A stretch of 64,000 bases of DNA, taken from Malacoraja senta (lineage: Eukaryota). Where the stretch lies: NCBI GenBank assembly GCA_038087875.1, contig CM075988.1:27220001-27284000 (forward strand), written 5' to 3'. How positions within the stretch are numbered: the stretch's first letter is position 1; the number at the start of each line of letters is the position of its first letter. Made by a program: the position numbers and the translations under genes. Under the pieces are notes generated by a model. It did not search any database and was not told the origin of the DNA. It saw nothing but the letters and a program-made list of their open reading frames with translations. Below, piece after piece: positions 1-11,824 of this stretch.

Positions 1-228
1 CAGCTTACCCTTGAGCAAAACTGCAAAATGCAGATGGCACCACTCAACCTCGGTTGGATTGAAAGCCACTTAATGTATAAATAATGTAAACGTTATTCCT
101 TTATCATGTATCTATAAACTGTAAATGAATCAATTGTAATCATGTATTGTCTTTCTGCTGACTGGCTGGCACGCAACAAAAAGCTTTTCACTGTACCTCG
201 GCACACGTGACAATAAACTAAACTGACT

Positions 229-705
229 GAAGGTTCAACAGGTTAATTTCCAGGATGACGGGACTGACATTTGATGAAAGAATGGGTCGACTGGGCTTGT
301 ATTCACTGGAATTTAGAAGGATGAGAGGATATCTTATAAAAACATATAAAATTCTTAAAGGATTGGACAGGCTAGATGCAGGAAAAATGTTCCCGATGCT
401 GGAAGAGTCCAGAACCAGGGGTCACAGTTTAAGAATAAGGGGTAGGCCATTTAGGACTGAGACGAGGAAAAAACACTTCACCCAGAGAGTTGTGAATCTG
501 CGGAATTCTCTGCCACAGAAGGCAGTGGAGGCCAATTCACTGGATGTTTTCAAGAGAGTTAGATTTAGCTCTGAGGGCTAAAGGAATCAAGGGATATGGG
601 GAGAAAGCAGGAACGGGGTACTAATTTTAGATGATCAGCCATGATCAGATTGGCTCGAAGGGCCGAATAGCCTATTCCTGCACCTATTTTTCTATGTTTC
701 GATGT
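229..705 (+). mobile_element. CR1-type LINE, 3' fragment
   Basis: ORF 255-581 has the CR1 ORF2 C-terminus (GLYSLEFRRMRG..LIKTYKILKG..SRTRGHSL), followed by the CR1 3'UTR (GGCTCGAAGGGCCGAAT..CCTATT) and a TCTATGTT tail. Confidence 0.9.
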
Positions 706-1525
706 TGATTTCATATGACAAACATTTAATGGCAACATATTTCTTATGCCTTTATAACAACCATTCAGATATTTCTGATGGGACAACACTGACAATTCCA
801 AACATACATGCATCTCCCCCTCTCAAATGTTAAGTTTCAAAATATGAAAGTAAATCAAAATAAGCGATCTTCTGACAGTGTCAGGATGCACAAAAATGGA
901 CAAAACAGTGGATACAACAAATATTATGAAGAACAGAAAATTACTGAAATTTGCCGCTGATGATCACAACTGTGAAGAGAAAGATAGGCAGAGAGAGAGA
1001 CAGAGATGGGAAGATTATATACAGTAAGCTCTCCAGGAGCTGATCTGCTAGTTGTGGGAAAGGTAAGATAAAGGGCACACTTTGGACTAGATGAGATTGA
1101 AAGAAGTGAAGAAAGGAAGAACAAAATGGAAATTGTGTGAAAACATGGAAAAGACTGGGGTTGAATAATAAAAGATATGACACTGTAAATTTAAATAGGA
1201 GGGAAATGAGCAACGACAAAGCATAGAGTGGGTCGAGGCTGTAAATGCTAACATTCTTTGTACTAACAACCATGCTGACATTTAAGACTACAGGATTGAA
1301 GCTGAGAGGGGCAACATTTTAAGGGGATGGAACAGGCAGTCAAAAAATAAATTATACATAATTTATTCAAGATGGTGAAAAGATAAAGATTGTGCAAAAC
1401 AAAGCATTATAGTATAACAACACAATTAGAGAAGTCTAGTGGTGCAATGTACTGCAGTGTTCCATGGCTAAGGTAGGATGAAGGTTGTACAGGTCGATTC
1501 AAGAACCTAATGGTTATAAGAAAGT

Positions 1526-1872
1526 GTAGAAACAAGGAACTGTACTTGCTGTTTTACCAAAAAAGGCACAAAATACTGGAGTGACTCAATGGGTCAGGCA
1601 GGATCCATGGAGAACATGGATATGTGACATGGATAGGTGGCCCTTCTTCAGAAAAAGGTTCCAAACCCAAAACATCACCTATCCATGTTCTCAAGAGATG
1701 CTGCCTGACCCACTGAGTTACTCCAGCACTCTGTGAAACGTCACCTATCCATGTTCTCCTCAGATGCTGCCTGACCCGCTGAGTTACTCCAGCACTCTGT
1801 GAAACGTCACCTATCCATGTTCTCCACAGATGCTGCCTAACCCGCTGAGTTACTCCAGCACTTTGCGTCTTC
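1526..1872. repeat. Palindromic, probably Penelope-derived, short repeat with three tandem 66-bp units (1669-1866), inserted into a Rex1-type 3' fragment
   Basis: Left arm CTGGAGTGACTCAATGGGTCAGGCAG is the inverse of right-arm units GAAACGTCACCTATCCATGTTCTCC..GATGCTGCCTGACCCGCTGAGTTACTCCAGCA starting at 1669, 1735 and 1801. Confidence 0.8.
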
Positions 1873-1969
1873 TTTAGTTGTAGGGAAGTAACTGTTGCTG
1901 AACCTGTGATATGGGACTTGAAGCTTCTGTACCTCCTGCCCGATGGTAGCAGTGAGAAGAGGGCAGGGA

Positions 1970-3116
1970 AATGGTTGTCGTCAGTTGAGAGTGGTTCAAA
2001 CCATCAAAGGAGTATTTGTTGACATCGGAAGTATTGGGGAAGTCAAACAGCTCAACTATTGCTCAGTTGTTTACATCTTCACTTGCTGTACTTTGGCCAA
2101 AAGGTATAAAACATGAGAATATTCTTCTGTTTGTGACGTAAAGTTTTATTCCGCAAAATGTTGCATTTGACATGCTTAGCTGAAGGACTTCATAGAATTG
2201 CCAAGCACAAACGTAGCTTGTTTCCAAATGTCGAACGCCTAGTTTCCAATGTCAAGAAAATCTTCCTCAAAGTACCTTCACGTGTGCAGTTGTTCAAGGA
2301 AATGGCACCTGAGATTCTGCTACCTCCTCAGCCCATTTTGACTAGGTGGGGTACATGGCTCTCTGCTGTACTCTACTATGCTGCAAAGTTAGAAAAGATA
2401 AAAGAAAACATCAACTGTTTTGAAGAAGAAGAATCTGCTGCAGTCAGGATTGTCAGTGAAATCGTGTAGAAAAAGTACCTCCACCGCGATCTTGTGTTCA
2501 TTGCTTCCAAGTTTGCAAACATCCCACAAGCCATCACTTCCCTTGAGAAACATGGCAAAACATTAGTGAATAACTTGCAGGTTTTCAACAAAGTAACTGA
2601 TGATATTCGTAAAGTTCTTGGCGATGTAGGTAAAGACATACAAGGAAAATGTGAGAGAGTGATTTTAGCTAACAAAGATATTGAAGAAATACAAAATATA
2701 GCTAAAGTTCTCAAAGGTAGTTATAATGCACAAGATATCGACATGAAAATAGAGTCTGTAGCTTGTTTCGGGTATGCACCAGTGACCTCAGCTGGGGTAG
2801 ACATGAAAATAGAGTCTGTAGCTTGTTTTGGGTATGCACCAGTGACCTCAGCTGGGGTAGAAAGAAGTTTTTCACAACTGAAGCATATTCTGTCTGACAG
2901 ACGGCATAGTTTAAGACCAGATAATTTGAAAAAAATGCTTGTAATTATGTGCAACCAGGCAACTTTGGTCATTTAATGTAGTATACCTTTATATTATTAT
3001 TTTTAACCATATTTTGGTGGTGGAAATAAATGCCTTTTTCATGCCTTTTTTGTAATTTTATTATCTTTTTGCCTGCCTATTTCAGAGTTTTTTAGTGCCT
3101 AAACATCCTGGCTCTA
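1970..3116 (+). mobile_element. hAT-superfamily DNA transposon remnant (5'-truncated, 3' TIR retained)
   Basis: Transposase motifs across 2010-2976; T-rich subterminal tract, then ...TAGTGCCTAAACATCCTGGCTCTA (reverse complement TAGAGCCAGGATG..., a hAT-like TAG start) ending at 3116. Confidence 0.8.
2010..2976 (+). pseudogene. hAT transposase pseudogene (resembles the CGGBP1-related hAT group)
   Basis: LLTSEVL..NSSTIAQLF..LWPKGI..ILLFVT, then a deletion/frameshift near 2139, HLTCLAEGLHR (CxxH motif with H>E), ILTRWGTW, in-frame TAG at 2467, and the C-terminal dimerisation motif VTSAGVERSFSQLKHILSDRRHSL. Confidence 0.85.
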
Positions 3117-3199
3117 GTGATGACAGATGAAGAAAGGAGGCATAGGGGTGAAAAATGTGGAAGATGAAACTAGAATGAAATCTGATAAGTGAAGTTGTC

Positions 3200-3545
3200 T
3201 GATTCTACTTTAACAGAGTAAGAGTATTAATTTATGAAGTGGACCAGAGAAAAGATTCAAGGAAGTGCTCAAAGCTTCCTTATGGAAGTGCAACATCCTC
3301 ACTGACTGCAACAAATCTCTGGTCCTTGATCTCTCAAAGTGGAGAAGGGGCATCCGGGATGGTATTGAGAATCTTGATGGCATGGATCAGGCCCTGCGTC
3401 AGTAGCAGAGGGAGGCACCTAACAAATCACCCACCCATCCATCAGGAATCTCCTGCCTCATTTGTGGAAGAGTCTGCAGTTGTCACATTGGCCTCATTAC
3501 CATCTCACAACCAGAGTGGGAACAAATTATCCTCAAGGGACCATA
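3200..3545 (+). mobile_element. RTE-clade LINE, degraded 3' fragment
   Basis: Across frameshifts reads ..KRFKEVLKASL.KCNI....KWRRGIRDGIE...CLICGRVC..HIGL, the RTE ORF C-terminus with a zinc finger. Confidence 0.65.
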
Positions 3546-4099
3546 AAAAAAAGCAAAGAAAAGTATTGATTTTTATAGCTAATGGACTACAGCACATTTC
3601 TCATTTTAATCGGCTGTCTGGCATCATTTGTAGAAGTCTGCCAGAATTAATAAATAGCAGTGACCAGGATTAAATATATTCTTGACTCCACACTCCAGGG
3701 CTAATCAGATCTGATTACAGTGGCTCTGACTCCAATCATAAATCTGTCCTTAAACCTAGGAACATTTACAGTGGTTGTAAATGTAATATGATTCACTATT
3801 TACAGCTCATTCCAAATTCACTGTTGACAATCTTCTGCACAATAGGAAGGGTTTGATGAACAAGCCTCACTAACTGGGGATGAACAATCACTACATTTCA
3901 TCTTAGATCTAAACAACCTTTGTACTTTGAGGGGGGAGAGTGGTAATCTGTATATTCTGGATATGAATCAATACACCACATTCATTTGCTCACAGGTTTG
4001 CTCTGTGCTATCTGGCTTCTCTTTCCCGTCACAATGTTCTATATATTTTTGGCTATTACCAAGTGGGTGCAGGCCCTGCATTGTCTTTGCCCACAGTTT

Positions 4100-4880
4100 G
4101 TCAAGTCAAGTTTTATTTGTCACTTGCACATAAAGTGCAAGTTAAATGAATTAGCCAGCAGCGGTACAATTAAAAAAAGAACACACAATACACAATAAAA
4201 ATTTAACACAAACATCCACCACAGTATTCATCACTGTGGTGGAAGGCACAAAATTTGGCCAGTCCTCCTCCATTTTCCCTTGTGGTCGGGACCTCAAGAT
4301 CTAAAGTCCCCACCGCGCCGCAGCAAGAAGCACTGCAGACTGCAGGGCCGGCGGTCGGAGCTCCTTTCCAGGGATCCCCAACGAGGGACCCCGCTCGGGA
4401 TGGTAAGTCCACGGCGCGCCCACGGTGGAAGTAGGGCGTGGGCCGGCGGTCGGAGCTCTTCTTCTCCGGGGTCCCCAACGAGGGATCCCAGGCTTCGGAT
4501 GCAGCGTCAGCTGGAGCTCTGCAGACCGCGGCTTCAGGCTGCCGTGGGCCAGCGAATGGAGCGCTCCCCACCGGCGACCCCCGGCGAGGGCTCGCCCGCT
4601 CCACAACGAAAGCGTCCTTGCTGCGCCCTCTGCTGATGCCCTGGGCACGTCTCCGGGAAAGGCCGCACCGATCCTTGATGTTAGGCCACGGGGGAGGCGA
4701 CATGGAAAAAGTCACCTCTCTGTTGAGGAGGCGACTGAAACGGTTTCCCCCCTTACCACCCCCCACACAAGACACACAGAGAGACATTAAAAACACACAT
4801 TAAGACACACTAAAAAAACAAAAAAAGTAGAAAAAACTAACATGCTGCTGGCAGGGCTGCCGGCTCGCAGCGCCCCCCAC
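4100..4880 (-). mobile_element. GC-rich non-autonomous retroposon (copy 1)
   Basis: Minus-strand 3' end GTGACAAATAAAACTTGACTTGAC (Rex1/Babar-like tail); hairpin CCACCACAG-N10-CTGTGGTGG at 4215-4242; CpG-rich core; same architecture as copies at 37148 and 49909. Confidence 0.7.
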
Positions 4881-4884
4881 CGAC

Positions 4885-5865
4885 CCGTGTAAACTCGTAC
4901 TGACCAGGATGTCCCTCCGATTTTTAGCCCTCTTAAACGCTGACATTACCTTGTATCCCTGCAGTGTAACAAATCTCCTTTGAAATTGTTCAAAGCAGCC
5001 AATTTTTGACAATTATGTGGGCCTGGACAGCCATGTTACTGTATAAAGTGTTTCAAAGGTCTTTTATTGTCACGTGTACCAATTAAGGTACAGAGATATT
5101 CAATTTACCATGTATCCTGTTATTAGTGGCAAGTTCAGTGTCAAACCAGGCCTAAGTCTGGGCCCATGTATGCTTTTTTAGGAAATCTGACTTAATGTGT
5201 CTTAATTCCGTCTGTTGTACCCCCTCTGTCTAAGGGCGGTGAAGAGGGTGCTTGTGGCCTGGTTGAAGTCCTGCTCCCTGGTGCATATCCGGTGAAAGCG
5301 GATCAGTTGTGACTTTATGATACCCCTGAAGGTGTGTATTGGGTGGTGGCTCATGGTGTGTAGAAGGGTGTGGGCATCTGTGGGTTTGAAAAAGACTTTG
5401 GTAGCTAGTTTATAGTCCTGGTTATCTGATGGTAGTTTAAAGACAGTGGTGTCAAGGAAGTCGACCCTCTCCTGGCTAGTCATGGCCTTTACCTTGATGG
5501 AAGGGTAGTGGGCATTGAGTATGTCAATGAACTCCTCTAACTCCCCTTCTGTGTGTGTCCACACTCCCCAGATGTCCTGTAGCAGCACATTGGGTGCCTA
5601 GGGCATTTAAGGAAGACTGTCTCTTCCCACTCTGCCATGTATATGTTAGCATAAGCTGGGGAAATTTTCTTCCCCATTGCTGTCCCTTTGACTTGTAGGT
5701 AGAACTCCCCGTTAAATTCAAAGTCGTTCTTTGTCAATCCCAGGTAAAGTAATTTGTCTAGGGCCTCGTCAGGTCTCTCCAGGTCAGTGTTTTTCTGCAG
5801 GATGTTTTTAACAGCCTGTCTGTCTCTATGCTTGTGTACAGGCTTTCAACGTCCATGGTAAAGAG
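4885..5865 (-). pseudogene. Penelope-like retroelement RT remnant
   Basis: LFTMDVESLYTS (about 5830-5866), NDFEFNGEFYLQVKGTAMG..SPAYANIYM, VDFLDTTV..KPTD..LHTMSHHP..IIKSQLIRFHRIC, and linker SAFKRAKNRRDILV (about 4900-4940); frameshifted and interrupted near 5040-5115. Confidence 0.88.
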
Positions 5866-7057
5866 TTAGGGTTAATGTTACATTTAAATGGAGCACAATT
5901 CAAGGAATCAATTAACATGTAAAAAGGTGTTTCGAACTAGATGTGAACTATATTCTTCACTCAAATATAGAGCCCAGACCATATGTATTTAACTTTTCAA
6001 GAACAGTCTGATACACCACCATCCTCCTGGTCCACTGTTTTGATTTCAAGTTGCTCCAAGGGTTTTTAAGTGGTTAATCACCTCCCATAAGGAGCACCCA
6101 ATCTGTGACAGCAAATATTGGAAGAGTCCACATTATTTCAAGGAAACCAAAGTCTACATTTTATTTCCTGGAGGAATTACTGCCTCTCAGGACATTGTAT
6201 AAAGCAGCTTTTCATATGTTTCCCCTTTGAAATTATTCCAGGACTGAAATAAACCCTCTATGGTATTTGGACTATTGCATATTATTTTATCCGCAATGAA
6301 TATATTAAATCCTGTAACCTCAAGAATGGTGCAATGTTGTTCTGCTTGACATGACAAGATAATATGCTGAACCTCCTACCTATTGCTTGGATACAATATT
6401 CTAGAATTAGGGTTAATTGTTAGGCTTCATCTACCACAGGAGTGAATAAACACATAGCACTTCAGTTCCTAAAAGACTGTCTTTGAAAATTGTTTTCAGG
6501 CAATTTACACGCTCAAAAAAGGATGAACCATAGCAATTAGATTCCATTGAATCTCCCCCGCCACCCACAAAAAGAGTTTAGTTCAGCCTACATTTGCAAA
6601 AATACATTCAGGTGCACTCTGTATGAATAATCCTCACCAAAATACTCTCATACTTTATCAGAGGCAGAAATTTATAAGAAAATCGTTTGGTTCTTTGGCA
6701 ACTTACAAGTCGGATCATTTACATTCCAAGCACATGTTTCAAAGCAGAATTTTACCTTGTCCAAACACGAGTGATTTTCATCAGGGACAATTGTGTGAAA
6801 ATTTAAAAACAAAACGTTCAAAAGGGTTGAAAGCACAGAAACCGACTCATCTTCCCATCAGTGCAATGCTGTTCATACTTGCTGATCCCCTTTTTGTAAA
6901 ATGTTGTTGCAACAAAATGCATTTGCATTTCACTCCATACCCACTGTCTGCGAAAGCAGGTTCCATATTCCATCTGCTCGGGTAGAGAAATCACGCCTGA
7001 GTTCCCTCTGTGATTTAATACCAACCACCTCATGATCCATGTCACATTTCAGATTAA

Positions 7058-7797
7058 TTTTAGTTTAATTTAGAGATACAGCATGGAAACAGGCCCTTCG
7101 GCCCACTGAATCCATGCCGTCCTGCGATTACCCATACACTAGTTTGTAACATAACATGTGACGAACATTTGACAGCACTGGCCTGTACTCGTTGTAGTTT
7201 AGAAGAATGAGAGTGAAACGTACAGAATAGTGAAATGCTTGGATAGAGTGGATGTGGAGAGCATGTTTCCACTAGTGGGAGAGTCTTGGACCAGAGGTCA
7301 TAGCCTCAGAATTATAGGATGTTCCTTTCGGAAGGAGATGAGGAGGAATTTCTTTAGTCAGAGGGTGGAGAATCTGTGGAATTCTTTGCCACAGAAGGCT
7401 GGGGAGGCCAAGTCAATGGATATTTTTAAGGCAGAGATAGATAGATTCTTAATTAGTATGGGTGTCAGATGTTACAGGGAGAAGGCAGGAGAATGTGGTT
7501 AGGAGGGAGAGATAGATCAGCCATGATTGAATGGCGGAGTAGACTTGATGGGCCGAATGGTCTAATTCTGCTCCTAACACTTATGACTAGTTCCATCCTT
7601 CACACTAGGGACAATGCACAGAAGCCAATTAACCTACAAACTTGCACATCTTTGGAATGTGGGAAGAAACTGGAGCACTCGGAGAAAACCTACGCAGTGA
7701 CAGGGAGAATGCACAAACTTCGTACAGACAGCACTGAATCTCAGGAACCCAGGTCTCTGGCTCTGTAAGGCAGCAACTCTCCTGCTGCACCATTGTC
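7058..7797 (-). mobile_element. tRNA-derived HE1/V-type SINE split by a CR1 insertion
   Basis: CR1-like tail (TTTAGTTTA..GAGATACAGCATGGAAACAGGCCCTTCGGCCCAC), V-domain-like TGTGGGAAGAAACTGGAGCAC.CGGAGAAAACC and tRNA-like head; halves 7058-7144 and 7586-7797. Confidence 0.8.
7145..7585 (+). mobile_element. CR1 LINE 3' fragment nested in the SINE, TSD ACTAGTT
   Basis: ORF 7230-7502 is the CR1 C-terminus; ACTAGTT at 7138-7144 and 7586-7592. Confidence 0.85.
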
Positions 7798-9892
7798 TTG
7801 TCCTCTAATGAAAATGTCTTTCCTATCAAACCCTCTCAAATTTTCAATCTGTTTAGCTTCAGCATATTCATCACTGGCGGTAAAAGGATTGGTATCGATA
7901 TTAGTTTATTATTGTCATGTGTACCAGAATACAGAATTAAGCTTTTGTCTGTGTGCTGTCCAATCAAATCAATGGTTCACTAATTCAATGACACTTTATT
8001 GCCACATGTACCAAGGTATAGTCACTGTACTACAGTGAACTGTTTTGTTTTGCATTCAACCCGGTAAAATAATATAGTAGAACTCACTTAGGCAGTACAC
8101 AAGTGCCGCCACGTTTCAAAGTTCACCGAGCAGTCCTGTCATCGGCCTGATGCCGCACATGACAGCAGGTGGCCCCATTGCCTGTTCCCCCTTTGGAATG
8201 ATAAAGAGGTGGGAACGCGAGTCGAGATATCTCAGAATGAATCATGGGAATGACTGGGTGATACGAATTAAGACAGCAAAACATATGAACAGTACACCAC
8301 AGATTAAACAGATAATATCCGGCTTGGGATATGTATATTTAGGTTTAACATACATATGTTTAGGATCCACATAATATTACCATGAACATCAAACAATGTT
8401 TTCAAAACTGAAGTGAAAGGCACAGTAGTTACATTTACAACGTTAAAAGCCAAAATGTACTATACACTTGAGGATGTTACAGTGAGATTTATTTTTCCAA
8501 GAATGAGACGGACTGAACAATTCAGACAGATGCCATTAGGAAATTTCTTCAGTAACTCAACATTTCATCTCCCACTGGTTATCTTTACCCATGAAGTTCC
8601 ACAAATTATACAGTAAATACAATTCTAGCATCCTTTCTACACTGGCAAATCAAAGCCCTCTGAGTGGGTTTGTGCCAATCCAAGATCACTGCTCCTCAAC
8701 ACACATTTGGTAAAATTCTGATACATCAATTTCACATCCTGACTGGAACGGATTTAGATGATGGAATATACACTCTCACTCTAACTCCAATGGATCTGCA
8801 TTCACAAAAATATATATAAAGACCAACCCAGATTCTGGGATTCCGCCAATTCACATTCATACAACGTGCTATATTTTTTGTCCTTTTAGTAGAGACATAA
8901 AGTCATGGTTATAAAGTCATACAGAGCAGAAACAGGCTCTTCAGCCCAATCCGCCAATGCCAACCAAGATTCCCCATCCAAACGTCCCATTTGCCCATGC
9001 CTGGCCCATATCCTTCAAATAATAAGGCTCAAATTGTGCATTTTTACACACAGTTTGACAGATATTATGTCAAGGAAGGATAAATATCTGTCAGTAAATT
9101 GTCATTCAATAAACTCTCCATTGAAAGTCAAATTTGTAAATAACCTATTCTTTTCCAAATAGGGTTTTCAAAAACACTGACACTTTGATGTGTAGCCACA
9201 CAGTTATACTAAGTTGCTATTCATAGATCTATGTGATTGCCACCTCAATGGCGTTTTGCTTGGCTAATGCTAGATGCTCAAGTATCTATACATGAAAAGG
9301 CAAGCTCTTGTAAACATGTGAACATTGAACTTAATTCAATCCCCTGGCGTGTGATGTTATAGTTGTAATTTCACCTGCCATTCTAGTGCCATGTGTTACC
9401 ATCAACCTCAAAGATCCCATTTGTCAGAGCAGGAAATTTGGAATGAAAGTCCTCTGGTTACTCTTGTTGAAAGTTTAGCCAGAAATAATCAGCTGTGGTG
9501 TTTCCGACAGTGTACCAGCCTGCAAATGCCCACTGTCATGGCTGAGTAATGGCCAACTTGAGTGTTCTACCTCAAACTGAATAGTGCACATTGAACTGCA
9601 CCCTGGAAGATTAGAAAGGAACTACAACATCAGCTCGATAGCAAGCTGCCCAATGCAGGGGTTGTGGAATTAGGCAAGTTGTTTCTTCCATCCTATCTGA
9701 GAGAATGTGTGCTAGAGAACAAATAAGAAAGAGATTACAAAAGAACTGTTAGTCGTGGACACAAGGAGCTGCAGATGATGTGACTGACCCTATGCAAAAC
9801 ACCAAGTGTGAGAGTAACTCCACAGGTCAAGCAGCATCTGTGGAAGGAAGGAAAGGTGATGTTTCGGATGATTTTCTGCGTTATGAGTCTCA

Positions 9893-10151
9893 AGGACCTG
9901 TCCCGCTTGCCGATTGTTTTGGTGTCATATCAGTGTCGCCAAAAGATTTCGAACATTTCAAAATCCAGCGGCAACAAAAAAATGTTGCAACACTCGAAAA
10001 AACACCGAACGTCATACGTCATCAGTCACGCCGCGTCACGCGGCATCACCGCAACATCACCGCCGCATCACGCTGCGGCGTTTCGGTGACCTGATACGTC
10101 AGTCAATGATGCCGGCAGTCGCTGAAAAAATCGCCAAGTGGGACAGGCCCT
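9893..10151. mobile_element. MITE / non-autonomous DNA transposon, PIF/Harbinger-like
   Basis: Imperfect TIRs of about 27 bp, AGGACCTGTCCCGCTTGCCGATTGTTT / AAAAAATCGCCAAGTGGGACAGGCCCT, flanked by TCA and TTA (TWA-type 3-bp target); CpG-rich interior with CATCAC(C)GC repeats. Confidence 0.75.
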
Positions 10152-10652
10152 TTAGGGAGGTGACTGTAAGAGACATTTCAATCACTGTCACCATTGACCA
10201 GACATGTTCACTACTACAGCTCACTCTCCATTGTGGAGAACACAAGAGACAGTGGCAGCCTTCACTGTCATTGAGTCATAAATTCAATAAATCATGTTCG
10301 TCACAAACATTATGGGCAAAAGGGCCCATTCTGTGCTGTACTGTTTGATGTTCTAAGTCCATACTGGCCATAGTAGACTGGCCACTACTGACCATAGTGT
10401 CCATTTGCACCAACAACCCAGTATCGCCATTTTATTCTCTCCTCTTGGATAAAACATTACAGTAGAACAAAAGCCAAGTTCTGAGAGAATGGCCATGTAC
10501 ATGAATCCCAGCTCCAACAAAAGTCAAGACACTCAGGGCTTGAAGGAGAAAATAATTAATAATCAAGAAGGGCAACAGGATGTTACTTCTGACCAACAAC
10601 AATTCACCAGAGGCCTAGGTGAACATTTGATACTTAATGAACAATGAAGATT

Positions 10653-10862
10653 AGGACAAAGGACAAAGGACAAAGAACAAAGGACATTTATTGTCACATA
10701 CACCAATTGGTGTAGTGAAATTCGACTTGCCAATGCAGCACATGAATAAAGATAATACACAACATTAAAGAATTTAACAGAATTCAACAATAAACATAAA
10801 AACATCCCCCCACAATGGTTCCCACTGTGGGGGAGGCAGCAAAGTCCAGTCCCCTCCCCCCA
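10653..10862 (-). mobile_element. 5'-truncated copy of the GC-rich non-autonomous retroposon
   Basis: (GGACAAA)n tail, TTTATTGTCAC, and hairpin CCCCCACA..TGTGGGGG at about 10806-10833. Confidence 0.6.
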
Positions 10863-11009
10863 CTAGGTATGTGTGGATGAGATCTGAACTGTCTGTCACT
10901 GCCTCATTATCCCTGAGATTGAGCAATCTATTATGAAAGCTTGACCTTTGCGTAGAGTGGGAACAATAATTACTGAAGCAATGGAACTTTACTTAGTATA
11001 GACAAAAAA

Positions 11010-11148
11010 TACTTCTTCAGAAGAAGAGTCTCGACCCGAAACATCACACATTCCTTCTCTCCAGAGATGCTGCCTGACCCACTGAATTACTTCAGCATAT
11101 TGTGTCTATCTTCAGTTTAAACCAGCATCTGCAGTTCCTTCCTACACA
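11010..11148 (+). repeat. Probable Penelope-derived short repeat with a degenerate hammerhead core
   Basis: CAGAAGA-AGAGTCTCGACCC-GAAA-CATC followed by the family right arm ..CTCCAGAGATGCTGCCTGACCCACTGAATTAC. Confidence 0.7.
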
Positions 11149-11824
11149 TCATGAACTTTAGTTAGGTTTCTGCACTCCAGTACCTGCCAGACACAGACTT
11201 TCTCTGCTAGATCCTGGTTTTTAATTGCCAGAAACATATACAGTAATTAAAAAACAGAGGAAAAAAGCATTTGCATGCAAGCTACCACCATAGATCATTT
11301 AGTAACATTCATGCTTTGAATCTGAAGTCAAGATATACTCGAGCAATATATAACTGATGTTAAACTTAATGGCTCAGAATTAGCATTTGTGATGACAGTG
11401 TAATTCCCACCACTTAACAGCATCACTGTAATGAACGTAACTAGAATTGTTTGGTTAGACCCAAAAATTGGAAGTTACTGACCATGGTGCCTCGTTACTC
11501 AACTGAGTGTCACAGAGTTCCCCGGTACAAATAACCCAAATTCACCCATTGAAGAGTGACGACCTCTCTGAACAATGTTGCCCATAAAGATTTAGAGTGC
11601 TCTAAATGCAAGTCCATGATACTGCAGAGGTATTGTCTGACCTGCTCACTACAGCATTTTCTAATTTTATTTCTGTTTTCCAGAATCTGCAGTTTTTTGC
11701 TTTTGAAATACAAAGTAAACGATTTGACTTGTAATACAGGTTTCCACTGCAAGATCCAAAAAAACATTAAGTCTCTTGGGTTTTACACTATGAACAGATA
11801 GTAAGGAACAGAGAGAACAGCCAG

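Noticed and set aside
1669..1866. 66-bp period resembling a CRISPR repeat-spacer unit
   Set aside because: Whole units are near-identical, with no unique spacers.
4203..4803. Several overlapping 115-197 aa ORFs on both strands
   Set aside because: Artefact of a GC-rich, stop-poor repeat core; no domain motifs.
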